64,000 bases of DNA from Bdellovibrionales bacterium. GTDB lineage: Bacteria > Bdellovibrionota > Bdellovibrionia > Bdellovibrionales > JAGQZY01. The DNA lies in assembly GCA_964230645.1 (NCBI GenBank), contig CAXRHT010000002.1, positions 672,001 to 736,000 of the forward strand, written 5' to 3'. The translations under genes and the position numbers were made by a program. The notes under the pieces were generated by a model. It made no database searches, was not told the DNA's origin, and was given only the letters and a program-made list of their open reading frames with translations. This document shows, piece after piece, positions 28,276-38,654 of this stretch (positions are counted from its first letter, which is position 1; each line of letters starts with the position of its first letter).

Positions 28276-31200
28276 TTAGTCTTTTCTGACTCGTACAAGT
28301 GTGCAGGTAATATCGTCTTCAGGCTCTACACCTTCGGTCATATCCGTAAGAGTTTCGGCAAACTTTTTTGAGGTCTGCTCCATATCTGGCCCTATGCATT
28401 TATTAAGAGCTTTGATGACTCGTCTGGTACTTATCATACGTCCCTTACTGTTCATAAGCTCATAAATTCCGTCTGTGGCTATAACAATGGTGTCCTCGTC
28501 TTTCAGATCATGTTCGATAGCACCGACTTTGAAGGTCCCGGGACACCCTAAAGGGCTTGAAGCTTCACTTAAGCTTGTGGTCTCCCCGGTTTTGTCCAAT
28601 ACGATGACTGGTGGACCACCGGCCGTCCAAATTTTCATTTTCTTTTCAACAGCATCAATTTCACAGATCACCATGGTCATCCAGTATTTACCGGAGCAAA
28701 CCTCTTGGAAAATGTCATTTAGGTTTTTAAGTCTATCAGCAAAGCTTTCCTCACCGGCTGAGTGCTGTAAGCTTTGAAAAATTCCAGCCACTACGGCGGT
28801 TACCATCGCAGCACCCGCACCGTGGCCTGTCACATCACCGACTGCCACCACGAGTTTGCTTTCTTCTTTATTTTCAAACCACCACCAGTCACCACCGGAC
28901 TGACTTGCGGACTCGTAACGGGTTGCCATATCAAAGTAAGAACTTTTTAATGTCGAGGTTGAAGGAAGAAGGAGTCCTTGCACCGCTTTGGTGACCTCTA
29001 AATCCTTGACCACTTCCCGTCTTTTTAACTCGAGAGCTGTGGATCTTGAAGCCTCAAAAGCCAGTGCGATTTGATTGGCAATTCCCATAAGAAACTGTAC
29101 GTCTTCAGCCACAAAGGCCCCACGATGAATCTGACTATCGAGGTAAAGCACTCCAATAAATTTATTTCCTGCTTTCAAGGGGGCGGCCACAATACTGCGA
29201 AGATCTTGAGCCACCGCACTTTTGGAGCCTAATAGTTCGCCCTCTTCAGTCCCTGTAACAAGAATGGGCTGCTGCTCCTCGACCACTTTTGAAATAATAG
29301 TGCTGGCATAGCCTCTGCCTTCTTTTAAATCTTGCTTTTGACTATCGCGACCAAGGGCAAATTTTAAACCTTTTGAGCCTTGGTCATCGAGTAAAAATAA
29401 GAAACCTCTTTGTGCGCCTAGAATGGATAAGATCTCATCAAGGGCTAAGCGAGCCTGTTCCTTTGGATCAAGAACCGCGCCAGAACCTAAACTGACCTCG
29501 AAAAGAACTTTTAATTTATTGGCTCTTTCTGCTGAATAAAGGAAAACGGCAATAAGTCTTGAAACTGTGTCCAAAACCTTTGCATCCGGTTCTGCAAAAA
29601 GTCCATCGGAGACCTTACTATCAAGGTAAATGGCTCCAACCACTTCATCTTGATGGATCAGAGGGGTGGCGATGACACTTTTTAAGCTATTAGCTACCAC
29701 ACTCTGTGCTCCCATTAGAGCTCCCTCACTGGTGGCAGCAATAATTTGAGTGCTTTTTTCTTCACAGACTTTTTGAATCAGAGTTTGGCTGTAGTTTTCA
29801 ATTTCTCTGACCTCGACTCCGCGAGAGTCTATGCCCTTTTCAAGTTGAAGCTCTGAGCTGCCCGCTTTTTTAAGAAACAAGAAGGCACGATCGGCCACCA
29901 TAGTTTTTAAAAGCTCTGACAAAATATTTTTTGTCATAGACTCCATGTCCGGTGATTTTGCGCATACCTGACTTATCGTCATTAAAGCTTCCATATGGTT
30001 TTCTAAAACTTCCACCGACTTCATATCACCACTGGAAACCTGTTGGCTTCGCGCCTCTTTGATTTTTAGTTGAGCCAACTCTTTTGAAAATTCATTACGC
30101 AATCGTGCACCACGATAGCCCCAACCATGTTCATCAGCCAAATCACTCGCCTGAGTGACATAATCAGTGAGTTCTTCGCTGTTATCTAATCGAGCCAGAT
30201 GAGCCCTTAACCGAAGAACTTGATATACTGCCCATGGATTATCACAGTCCTTGGCTAACTTTTCCACTTCATCGAGTGGCCCCCTAAGGGAGGCTGTTTT
30301 TCCATTAATAAAATTAAGTTCACAGTGAATGATCTGATAGTGACATTTCCAATGAGGAAGGGGGGAGGCCTTTTTCAGATCACTCAGGCAATGTTTTAAT
30401 CTCTTAAGCGCTTTCTTTTTTTCTTTCCCCTCGCTTACGCGGTATTCCTCAAGGGCTGCATAACTCATGTAAATAAACATGATTTTAAAAAACCAGGGAC
30501 TGGTCTCAGGGTTGACTTTGGATTGACGGAACTGAGTGATTAAATCATCGAGATGACTAACCCTCTCCCCTCTTTCCAGTTGATACAAAACTAAGTGTCC
30601 TAGATACCAGCACCAATCCAGATGTCCTTGAGGAACATCTTTGTATCTTTTTTCCAAATCCTGAAGAGTTTCCTTAAGTTCAGATTCGTATCCACCCACA
30701 GCGTAAACACCTAAGGCGACAGCCTCTGTGGCAGCGATAGGACCATTGGATTTCGTTTGATGAGCTGTTTTTAAACCCATATTGATAATTCTTAGAGCTT
30801 CTCTGCTGTAGCCTCTGATCAATAGGTTATTTCCTACCAAATCATTGGCAGTTGCGATCTGCCAACGAGGCGCCATCCACTTGCCATAATTAAAAAGCGT
30901 TTCTTTTTGAAAGTTTTCGGCTCTCAAAACATCACCTGACCAGTGAATACCCCAACCACACATGGAGCGGGTTAAGGCGACCAGTTGATTGTCTCCAGAC
31001 TCTTCCGCCCAACGAACAGCGTAGTCGGCCACACGGTTACAAGTCTTGGTCCACTGCCTCATCCCTAAATATATACAAAGACTAAAATAAGCCGGCAGAG
31101 ACTCTGGTCTTCGACCCACGTAGTGAGCGTGAATTAACATCCGAGGGACAATTTGAGTGGCTAGGTTCCATTTCAGCCCAATAAAAGTGGCGAAAAAACT

Positions 31201-33840
31201 AGGACTATAAAGTTTTAGGATCACTTTACGCTTCTCAAGCTCCTCGCCCGAGGCTTTGCCGTATCCCCACTGGGTAAAATATAAAAAGAGAACCTTTACC
31301 CACAGCCAGGCATTTAAAGTTTTCGCTAGAGGATTTGAGGATTTTAAGCTCTCTCCAAGGGACTTGAGACCCTTTTCACTTTCCTGCCATCCTTTAGCTC
31401 CTTGGTTTTCATTAAAGTAAGTGCTTGTTAAAAGGGAATGAATCCTTCCTCTAGTAAGAGGAGACTGAGCCACTTCGAGCACTCTTTGGCCATGCTCAAT
31501 GGCTTTGGTGCCATTTCCTAAACGGAAGTGAGCCACTCCTAAATTCTCATGGAGCTTTTCAAAATTTTGTCCCTGATCTTGGATATCGTATTTCTTACAA
31601 ACGGAATCGGCTGTTGTTAGTAGACGAACGGAATCTTCGTTAGAGAAATTTTGTAGAGATTGAATACCCGCTTCAAGGCTTGTGGAGTAAACTCGCTCAG
31701 GATTTTTTGAGATTTGTCCGCGGGCATAGTGATAAGCCATAGAATAAATATCTGTGGGTCTTTTTTCATCAAGAACTTCAGCGACTTTCTGGTGAAGCTC
31801 TTTGATATCATCCTGACCGAGCTTTTTAATAATCGCTTCAAGAACCCGGTCATGAACAAATTGAAACTCTTCTTCACTCACCTCTTCAAGGAGGTTGGCT
31901 TGAATTGCCTCATTAAGCGCCTTCTCAACTTGACCTGGCTTTTCGGTTAAAACAAAACCTAGCAATTCTTTATGAAACTTTCTTCCAATCACTCCAGCAA
32001 CAGTCAGCACGTCTAAACCAGCTTGGGAAATCTTGTTAATTCGTCCTATGATTAAATCAACCACATTGGTTGACACCATGAGACTGTCGAGATTCTCAAG
32101 GTCCACAAGCCACTGATCGCCGGCCCGATGAAGAACACCTTTATCAAACATGGAGTAGATGTATTGTGCTAAAACGAAGGGATTTCCTTGAGACTTTTCA
32201 GCCAGACGATTGACCACAGGTTCATCAAGAGGGCTTCCACCCAGGAGGTGAGAAATAATGTCACCAAGAGCCTTGTTTTCCAGAGGCTTTAAGCTCATGG
32301 ATTGGGAAAGAGAGCTCTCCCAGAGTTTTTCAACTTTCTTAAGAGCCGGAAGGCTGTCGGCGTCGTTTCGAGCGGTGAAGAGAATAACAACTCTTGCTTC
32401 TTGCAAACGTTCAAGAAGGTTTGATAGAACCCCACGACTGGCAGGGTCCAACCACTGCACGTCATCAATATGAAGAACCAATGTCCCCTGTTCTTTAGCT
32501 AACTGTATCAGGAATGTAGCGATACCACGAAAAAACTCATCCTGCCCAGCGCCTTCATGTTGGGAATTGGAATCGGAGTTTATAAGCTCACCAAGGTTTC
32601 TTGAGAGTCTCTTTACAAAGGTTTCATTTCCTTGTGAGGCCTGTTTTAATTTAGCGAAGGCTTTTTCACGTTTGTCTTCAGAAATACTATTAAGGGAATA
32701 CAAATAAGTTTCTATAGCTTCGCGCAAAGGCCCAAGAGGTGTTTGCTCAGTCAGATGACTTTTACCAAAGAGGTGCAGACTTCTTTCTGCCGGCAATGAT
32801 TCAATAAACTTTTTAACAAGATAGGATTTCCCCGATCCCGGCTCACCTTTAACAAGATAGGCCACACCCTCTTGGACGTCTTCTACTTTGAGCGAAGACT
32901 GAAGTTTGGCCATTTCACTTTCACGTCCTAGTAGAGGAAGTTCATTCAGTCGTCCCAGACGAAAATCTTTTTTACCAAGAGTGAGTTCCCCTTGCTCTTT
33001 CCAGTCTTGCTCTAAACTTTCAAGACTTGCGAGATCAGCACTTAAGCCTTCTGCCGTTTGGTAGCGATCTTCGGGATTTTTAGCCAAAAGCTTTTTCACA
33101 ATGGCTGTCACCGAGCCTCTTAGGGTCGAATTTTTTTGTTTAAGATTGGGGACCTCAGCTTTTGCATGCAGGTTTAAAAGCTCTGCTGTATTCTCAGAGA
33201 AGAAAGGAGGTTCTCCACAGAAAGTTTCAAAAAGAACAACTCCTAGTGAGTAGAGATCACTTCTTGCGTCCACCTTGTCTTCGCGCATCCCCGACTGCTC
33301 GGGAGCGGCATAAAGAAAGGTACCGACCGCTTCTTGCTTTTCTGTCTTTAAGACTTCTGACTTCTCAGCAAATCCAAAATCGATAAGCTTAGCTTGCCCG
33401 TCTTCACAGATGAAAATGTTTTGGGGTTTTACGTCGCGATGGACGAAGCCATTGCGATGCACCTCTCCGAGAGCCCCTGCTATATCACAAGCTAAGCGAA
33501 GAGCTTGGGTCTCAGAGAAAGAGGATTTTTCCAATTTATCAGAGAGTTCTTCGCCGTGAAGGATCTCCATGACCACAAAGGGTTGATCATTATGCTCGCC
33601 AAGTTCGATCACACGGGTCAGTGCTGAGTGATTGAGACGGCTGAGGATTTCGGCTTCATAGCGAAAGCGCAAACTGGCAGAAGCATAATCTTCGCTGACG
33701 TCTTTTCTCAAAAGTTTTAATGCATACTCAACACCCTCACGTTCGACTCGATAAACATAGCCTGTCGCGCCTTCGCCGATCTGTTCGATCAAGGTGTAGG
33801 ATCCAATGGTTTCTGCAAGCTTTTTTGCGTCACTAGACAT
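28276..33840 (-). CDS. Ser/Thr kinase-AAA ATPase-helical-GAF-GAF-PP2C(SpoIIE) multidomain signalling protein
   Basis: IGEGATG, HRDVKPQN, DFG, APE; GEPGSGKS and DDVQWLD; two GAF repeats; GGDW, GDVTGHG, TDG, DD. Confidence 0.92.
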   Translation of the reverse strand: MSSDAKKLAETIGSYTLIEQIGEGATGYVYRVEREGVEYALKLLRKDVSEDYASASLRFRYEAEILSRLNHSALTRVIELGEHNDQPFVVMEILHGEELSDKLEKSSFSETQALRLACDIAGALGEVHRNGFVHRDVKPQNIFICEDGQAKLIDFGFAEKSEVLKTEKQEAVGTFLYAAPEQSGMREDKVDARSDLYSLGVVLFETFCGEPPFFSENTAELLNLHAKAEVPNLKQKNSTLRGSVTAIVKKLLAKNPEDRYQTAEGLSADLASLESLEQDWKEQGELTLGKKDFRLGRLNELPLLGRESEMAKLQSSLKVEDVQEGVAYLVKGEPGSGKSYLVKKFIESLPAERSLHLFGKSHLTEQTPLGPLREAIETYLYSLNSISEDKREKAFAKLKQASQGNETFVKRLSRNLGELINSDSNSQHEGAGQDEFFRGIATFLIQLAKEQGTLVLHIDDVQWLDPASRGVLSNLLERLQEARVVILFTARNDADSLPALKKVEKLWESSLSQSMSLKPLENKALGDIISHLLGGSPLDEPVVNRLAEKSQGNPFVLAQYIYSMFDKGVLHRAGDQWLVDLENLDSLMVSTNVVDLIIGRINKISQAGLDVLTVAGVIGRKFHKELLGFVLTEKPGQVEKALNEAIQANLLEEVSEEEFQFVHDRVLEAIIKKLGQDDIKELHQKVAEVLDEKRPTDIYSMAYHYARGQISKNPERVYSTSLEAGIQSLQNFSNEDSVRLLTTADSVCKKYDIQDQGQNFEKLHENLGVAHFRLGNGTKAIEHGQRVLEVAQSPLTRGRIHSLLTSTYFNENQGAKGWQESEKGLKSLGESLKSSNPLAKTLNAWLWVKVLFLYFTQWGYGKASGEELEKRKVILKLYSPSFFATFIGLKWNLATQIVPRMLIHAHYVGRRPESLPAYFSLCIYLGMRQWTKTCNRVADYAVRWAEESGDNQLVALTRSMCGWGIHWSGDVLRAENFQKETLFNYGKWMAPRWQIATANDLVGNNLLIRGYSREALRIINMGLKTAHQTKSNGPIAATEAVALGVYAVGGYESELKETLQDLEKRYKDVPQGHLDWCWYLGHLVLYQLERGERVSHLDDLITQFRQSKVNPETSPWFFKIMFIYMSYAALEEYRVSEGKEKKKALKRLKHCLSDLKKASPLPHWKCHYQIIHCELNFINGKTASLRGPLDEVEKLAKDCDNPWAVYQVLRLRAHLARLDNSEELTDYVTQASDLADEHGWGYRGARLRNEFSKELAQLKIKEARSQQVSSGDMKSVEVLENHMEALMTISQVCAKSPDMESMTKNILSELLKTMVADRAFLFLKKAGSSELQLEKGIDSRGVEVREIENYSQTLIQKVCEEKSTQIIAATSEGALMGAQSVVANSLKSVIATPLIHQDEVVGAIYLDSKVSDGLFAEPDAKVLDTVSRLIAVFLYSAERANKLKVLFEVSLGSGAVLDPKEQARLALDEILSILGAQRGFLFLLDDQGSKGLKFALGRDSQKQDLKEGRGYASTIISKVVEEQQPILVTGTEEGELLGSKSAVAQDLRSIVAAPLKAGNKFIGVLYLDSQIHRGAFVAEDVQFLMGIANQIALAFEASRSTALELKRREVVKDLEVTKAVQGLLLPSTSTLKSSYFDMATRYESASQSGGDWWWFENKEESKLVVAVGDVTGHGAGAAMVTAVVAGIFQSLQHSAGEESFADRLKNLNDIFQEVCSGKYWMTMVICEIDAVEKKMKIWTAGGPPVIVLDKTGETTSLSEASSPLGCPGTFKVGAIEHDLKDEDTIVIATDGIYELMNSKGRMISTRRVIKALNKCIGPDMEQTSKKFAETLTDMTEGVEPEDDITCTLVRVRKD

Positions 33841-33847
33841 CAGTGTT

Positions 33848-33875
33848 TTATCGGCAAAAGCTGTAGGATTATTTA
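33848..33875 (-). promoter_or_regulatory. Sigma-28 (FliA)-like promoter; transcript probably leaderless
   Basis: TAAA-N16-GCCGATAA ending 7 nt before ATG 33840; no SD sequence. Confidence 0.6.
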
Positions 33876-33955
33876 CGCAACCAAAAAGCTCTGGTCGTTG
33901 GTCGGACTTGCCTTAGGGAAGTGGTGCTGAGGGCTCAAAAAAGTTAAGATATTCT

Positions 33956-34849
33956 GTGATGATACAGTTTTCCAAAAATCTTATGCCCAGGCCCTATCGT
34001 CGAGTCAGTGTCCAAAAAATAGAGGGCCCACTGGATGAGAAAAATCTAGTAAATTACTTTAATGGCAAAGAAGCTTTCATGGCGACCGATTATATTGTGG
34101 TCAAAGGACAGGGCACAGCCGTTTTAATGGTTGAAAAAGAGGAGAGAAAAGAAGCTCTCTTTTCAAAAATAGTTAAGACACAGATCATTTCCCTCCCTAA
34201 AAACTGTCACTATATCCAGGATGAGGTAGTGGATGTTGGGAACCCCTCTCACCTCACCCGAAAGTTTTGGGACCTTAATCTGAGCGAGGACTCTACCTTA
34301 GTTGTGGAGGGTGCCTATGGGCATGTTAATTTTATTCATAAGCCCTCCCCTCTTAAACTGAAAGTGATAGATCTAGTTCCTCCTAAAACATCAAGACTTT
34401 ATGATCTTGTTTTAAAAGCCATTGAGTTGGCGGACCTCCCTCCTATTCTTTTGGAGGCTGATTTCATTGACGTCAATGATATCGCAAAAGAGTCAGGTTT
34501 TAAGGACTGTATATTTCCCTGCCGAGCCTCTGGATTAGAAGCTCCGGGAGAAACTTTTTTTCTCGACGAGCATCCGGCTAAAAACAAAGCCCCACTTATA
34601 GGCTGTGAGAGAACAGAGCAAATTTATCAGCACTTTTACGGTGAAAAACCCCAACGGGTTGAAACCTGTCCCCAAAAAATTAAAAGCAAAGGCAAAATTG
34701 CGCAAATCACTCGCTGTTGTCTTTTGCAAGACTCTACAAATATGGAAGAGAATCGTGGAATTATCCCTTGGGGAGGAAATGTGCATCATGTGATCTCTGT
34801 TTTAGAAAAGCTTTGTGAGGTGAATCAGATTCCCTGGGAAAAGAATTAA
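33956..34849 (+). CDS. Cys-rich conserved protein (DUF7714-like); candidate XcbA-type final enzyme of bacterial coenzyme M synthesis
   Basis: FPCRASG, LIGCERT, CP and RCC motifs; stop codon overlaps the end of the xcbE-like gene; family and role inferred from recollection and context. Confidence 0.6.
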   Translation: MMIQFSKNLMPRPYRRVSVQKIEGPLDEKNLVNYFNGKEAFMATDYIVVKGQGTAVLMVEKEERKEALFSKIVKTQIISLPKNCHYIQDEVVDVGNPSHLTRKFWDLNLSEDSTLVVEGAYGHVNFIHKPSPLKLKVIDLVPPKTSRLYDLVLKAIELADLPPILLEADFIDVNDIAKESGFKDCIFPCRASGLEAPGETFFLDEHPAKNKAPLIGCERTEQIYQHFYGEKPQRVETCPQKIKSKGKIAQITRCCLLQDSTNMEENRGIIPWGGNVHHVISVLEKLCEVNQIPWEKN

Positions 34850-35826
34850 GCGCTAAAAGTACCCTCTTGGTAACGGTCTGAAAAAAGTGCTGCCTCCCCG
34901 CCTGTCATCAATAGAACCAGGTTTTCATTTTTACTAAAATGATTGGAATCAATCAGAGCTTTTGTTCCCATCATGGCTTTTGCGCTAAAAACAGGATCAA
35001 GGAGAATTCCAAACTTTCTCAAGAAATCCTTACTAAACTTTGCCACATCCGGAGTGACAACTCCGTAGCCTTCCCCAAGGAACTCATCGAAAATTTCAAT
35101 TCCCTCAAGAGAATTGGTGGTTTTATCAAGCTCACCAACAAGGCTTAAAATTTTTTCAAGACTTTTAGTTTTATTTTTACTGGTCGCAAAACCGGTGACT
35201 TTCCAGTTAGCTGGGTGCGCTCTTTTACCTTGGTGAATCCCAGCGATTGTGCCGCCACTTCCGACAGGAAGGATAAGCCGATCCATATTGATTTTTAGAT
35301 CTGCTGTTTGCTCTTTGAGCTCTTTAACGAAGTCGATCCATCCCAAGGCTCCGGTGGCTGAAGCCCCTCCTCGTGGGATGAAATAAGGTTTCTTACCTTT
35401 TTTAGTGAGTTCCTCACAAAGCCTCTTTGCCAATTCATCGGCTGAAGTTCGTGGATCTTTCCCTGAAAAATTTAGGTGCGCTCCGCTCATTTTTGAGATG
35501 AGAAGGTTGCCTGTAGGGGTCGCGACCTCTTTTCCGTAAAGTGCCAAATGGCATGCTAGTTTAGATTTTGAGGCGGCCCCTGATATAATTCGTAAGTGAT
35601 TGGACTGTGGTCCTCCAGCAGCAACAATGTCGGTAGCCCCTTGGGAAAGAGCTTCCGCAATGAGGTACTCAGCCTGTCTTACCTTATTGCCACCACCCAT
35701 AAAGCCTGAGAGGTCCTCACGCTTGAGCCAAATGTTACGATTCCACACTTTTGAAAGGGACTCACAAAAGTGAAGTGGGGTCGGATAAAGACCCAGATCC
35801 ACTTTTTTAAAGGACGTGCGACTCAC
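34846..35826 (-). CDS. PLP-dependent D-cysteine desulfhydrase/ACC deaminase family (XcbE-like)
   Basis: KRED...GGNKVR, G..QSNH, GSGGT.AG, LDPV. Confidence 0.88.
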   Translation of the reverse strand: MSRTSFKKVDLGLYPTPLHFCESLSKVWNRNIWLKREDLSGFMGGGNKVRQAEYLIAEALSQGATDIVAAGGPQSNHLRIISGAASKSKLACHLALYGKEVATPTGNLLISKMSGAHLNFSGKDPRTSADELAKRLCEELTKKGKKPYFIPRGGASATGALGWIDFVKELKEQTADLKINMDRLILPVGSGGTIAGIHQGKRAHPANWKVTGFATSKNKTKSLEKILSLVGELDKTTNSLEGIEIFDEFLGEGYGVVTPDVAKFSKDFLRKFGILLDPVFSAKAMMGTKALIDSNHFSKNENLVLLMTGGEAALFSDRYQEGTFSA

Positions 35827-37220
35827 TCAAGCTCCCCTTTTATTTTCTCTAGAAACTCTTGGTCTCGATGGTCTTCTTTTTCTGAAATCTCAAGGGCCCT
35901 TTCACATAGCTTCAAACTCTGGCCGAGGTGGTTGTTGTAATCTAGAAATTGTGAACATTCTGATTCGCTAAGCACGGCCCTAAGGCTCTGATCCCTTGTA
36001 ATAACTGATTCTAAGGACTGTGAGCTGGATTTTGATTGATGTATTTTGTCTCGAACCCACTGACGGGCCGAGGCTAAGCCCCACTCATTAGCGAGTCTCA
36101 TCATGAGAGCCTCGCTTAAAATAAGACCTTGAGTGGATTTTAGATTCTCAAGCATCCTTTCTTTTTTGACCTCAAGGTTTTGAAAAAGCTCACCAGATAT
36201 TTTTAAACAGGCCGAAGTCATCGCTAGAATTTCTGGCCAAACCGCCCATTCCACTTTCCAAGCCTGCCCGTCTCTTTCATGTTCATGAACTAATGACTCT
36301 TGTAAAACAGCCGCCTTATGTCTGATGATTCGTGCGAGACTGCCGATTTGCTCTGACTTTTCAGGGTTTCTTTTTTGGGGCATCGTCACACTTCCGACAC
36401 TCTCAGGCTTTGAGCCCTCTAAGACTTCTCCGATCTCTGTTCGTTGCAAATTGTAGATCTCATGGCCCATTTTAGAAAGACTTCCGCATATCGATGAGAG
36501 AATGAGGGCAAATTCTAAAAGTGAGTCTCTAGAGTTTGTCCAAGCAAGTGTGGGCACTTTAAGTTTTAACTCTTGCGCGAAGCTTTTTTGTAAGTCAAAT
36601 GCACTTGATCCATAACCACTCATGACTCCGACACTTCCTCCCAATTGAACAAAACCAATACGAGGGTGAAGGTCTTTGAGGCGATCTAAATGTCGTCTGA
36701 TTTCCTGTAACCAAAGGCTTACTTTATAACCAAAGGTAATCGGAGCGCCCCACTGACCGTGTGTTCTACCAATCATGGGTGTTTTTTTATGCTCTTTTAT
36801 CAATGTTATTAAACTCTTTTCGATTTCCTTTAGTTGCTTAAACGAGCTTTCCCAGAACTTTACTAATACTCCAGAGAGCCAAGTGTCCGTGATATCTTGT
36901 ACTGTGCAACCGTAGCCAATGTATTCCCCCTCAGGGCCGAGGTGCTTGCGTAGTTGATCAAAAAGTCCTTGAAAGGAGTGGCCATTTTCTTGGTAGGAAG
37001 TTCTCAACTCCTCCCAATTCACTTTATAGTCTGTTAGGCCCTCTTTGATCTTATTTCCCGTGTTTTGGGGGATTATATTGAGTTTCTCTTGATGGGTGGC
37101 CAAAATAACAAGAATCTCAACCCAGGCCTGTAGTTTTGTTTCCTCATCCAGTAATTTCGCCACTGATGGATCCACCCAACTTTGAGAATAAATCTTGGAA
37201 TCTAAGATCGATAAACTCAT
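35823..37220 (-). CDS. Adenylosuccinate lyase-family C-N/C-S lyase (XcbD-like)
   Basis: T.QDI.DT, GRTHGQ, GSVTMPQKRNP, HERD. Confidence 0.85.
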   Translation of the reverse strand: MSLSILDSKIYSQSWVDPSVAKLLDEETKLQAWVEILVILATHQEKLNIIPQNTGNKIKEGLTDYKVNWEELRTSYQENGHSFQGLFDQLRKHLGPEGEYIGYGCTVQDITDTWLSGVLVKFWESSFKQLKEIEKSLITLIKEHKKTPMIGRTHGQWGAPITFGYKVSLWLQEIRRHLDRLKDLHPRIGFVQLGGSVGVMSGYGSSAFDLQKSFAQELKLKVPTLAWTNSRDSLLEFALILSSICGSLSKMGHEIYNLQRTEIGEVLEGSKPESVGSVTMPQKRNPEKSEQIGSLARIIRHKAAVLQESLVHEHERDGQAWKVEWAVWPEILAMTSACLKISGELFQNLEVKKERMLENLKSTQGLILSEALMMRLANEWGLASARQWVRDKIHQSKSSSQSLESVITRDQSLRAVLSESECSQFLDYNNHLGQSLKLCERALEISEKEDHRDQEFLEKIKGELE

Positions 37221-38647
37221 AATAAGGCCTCTTTAGCCTCAGAGACTATTTTTTTCTTTTTATTTTTCCAATCTTCATTCTGCTTGTTGGAGAGTTCTTC
37301 TAACCTTTGACTCCAACTTTTAAAATTAGACAGACTTTTCAGTAACGATGGGCTTGAAGCTCCGCCTCGATCCTTACGCCGCTCAACACTTTTTTGGGAA
37401 CTCAATACTGTCTGCCACTGCTCAGCACTCCAGTTTAAAGGCTGGCCGGTCTTTTCCGAAAAAACCTTACTAAAGGTTTTAGAAAAATCTCTCACTCCCA
37501 CCCCTCTTAATGCTTCTCCCACAAGAGAGTGAGCTTGGGAGTGACTCATCTTTTTGTTAGCAACCAGTTCCTCCACCAAATCCATAGCTAAAAGGGAGGA
37601 TTCTTCCCCTCGGCTTTTTAGGCGTTGGGTGTTCACTTGCAGCCCCTCTAACACCCGAGTTAACTTTTGATAAGATTCCAAAACTAGATCCAAGCTTTCG
37701 GGTAATTCGTTATAGAGAAAAATACGGTTATCAATCTGATTGGTTCCTGTCCTACCGAGGCAAAGAGCTCCTGAAACTCGGCCAGAAAGCAAACTAGCAA
37801 CTCCACGAGCAAAAGTCAGATCATAGGGATTCTTTTTTTGTGGCATCGCCACACTTCCGCGACAAACTTCGTCGGAAAAACCAAAATAATCAAACTCCTG
37901 AGTGGCCCACACGAGGAAGTCTTCACTCAGGCGGGCTAATACTAGCGAATCACTGGCAAGGAGCCAGGCCACTTCCAAAGCGACATCACTCTGCCAGACC
38001 CCATCGCGACTGTTCTCAACACAGTCCTCAAATCCAAGGCGGTTGGCTAGTTTCTCTCGATTTAAAGCCATGGTGGAGCCATTGGTACTACCCACTCCTG
38101 CGGGAGAGAGATTGAGCCTTTGAAAACAGGGTTGAGCGCGATCCGCATTCCTTAGAATGGGACCGAGAAAACTTGATAAATAATACCCAAGAGTTGAGGG
38201 CTGAGCCGGTTGCAAGTAGGTGTAGTCAGCCATAGGAGTGTCTTTATAAGAGTGTGATTTTTCCAGTAAGACCTCAACAAATTTCAGACGCGCTTGCATC
38301 AGTGCAAGGCTTTTTTCTTTAATAAGTAAGTGGAAAGCCACGGTGGTTAACTCCCGACGGGCCCGTCCCACACCGTACCACTGAGCCGCCTCTTTACTTC
38401 TTTCTTTAATCAGTTGCTCGCGATTTTTATAGAGGTCTCCCCATTTCTCACTAAAGGGAACGCTATTAGGATTCATATCCTGCAAAACTAAAAGAGCCTT
38501 GAGAAGGGACTCTCCCACCTCTTGAGGAATCAATTGATTTTCTAAAAGATTCAATACATGAGCGAGATCGCTGTAGCCAAGGTAAGGCCAAAAACTTTGC
38601 GCTTGCTTGAGCTCCCATGTTGTTGCTGCCGTAAAGGTGTCTTCCAT
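37217..38647 (-). CDS. Argininosuccinate lyase-family enzyme (XcbC-like phosphosulfolactate lyase candidate)
   Basis: GSVAMPQKKNP signature; DYTYLQ replaces the ArgH GYTHLQ. Confidence 0.85.
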   Translation of the reverse strand: MEDTFTAATTWELKQAQSFWPYLGYSDLAHVLNLLENQLIPQEVGESLLKALLVLQDMNPNSVPFSEKWGDLYKNREQLIKERSKEAAQWYGVGRARRELTTVAFHLLIKEKSLALMQARLKFVEVLLEKSHSYKDTPMADYTYLQPAQPSTLGYYLSSFLGPILRNADRAQPCFQRLNLSPAGVGSTNGSTMALNREKLANRLGFEDCVENSRDGVWQSDVALEVAWLLASDSLVLARLSEDFLVWATQEFDYFGFSDEVCRGSVAMPQKKNPYDLTFARGVASLLSGRVSGALCLGRTGTNQIDNRIFLYNELPESLDLVLESYQKLTRVLEGLQVNTQRLKSRGEESSLLAMDLVEELVANKKMSHSQAHSLVGEALRGVGVRDFSKTFSKVFSEKTGQPLNWSAEQWQTVLSSQKSVERRKDRGGASSPSLLKSLSNFKSWSQRLEELSNKQNEDWKNKKKKIVSEAKEALL

Positions 38648-38654
38648 ATTAAGC

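Noticed and set aside
35823..38647. Housekeeping purB and argH calls
   Set aside because: Altered motifs (DYTYLQ, GSV) and coupling to comA and a desulfhydrase fit XcbC/XcbD better; no other arg or pur genes are adjacent
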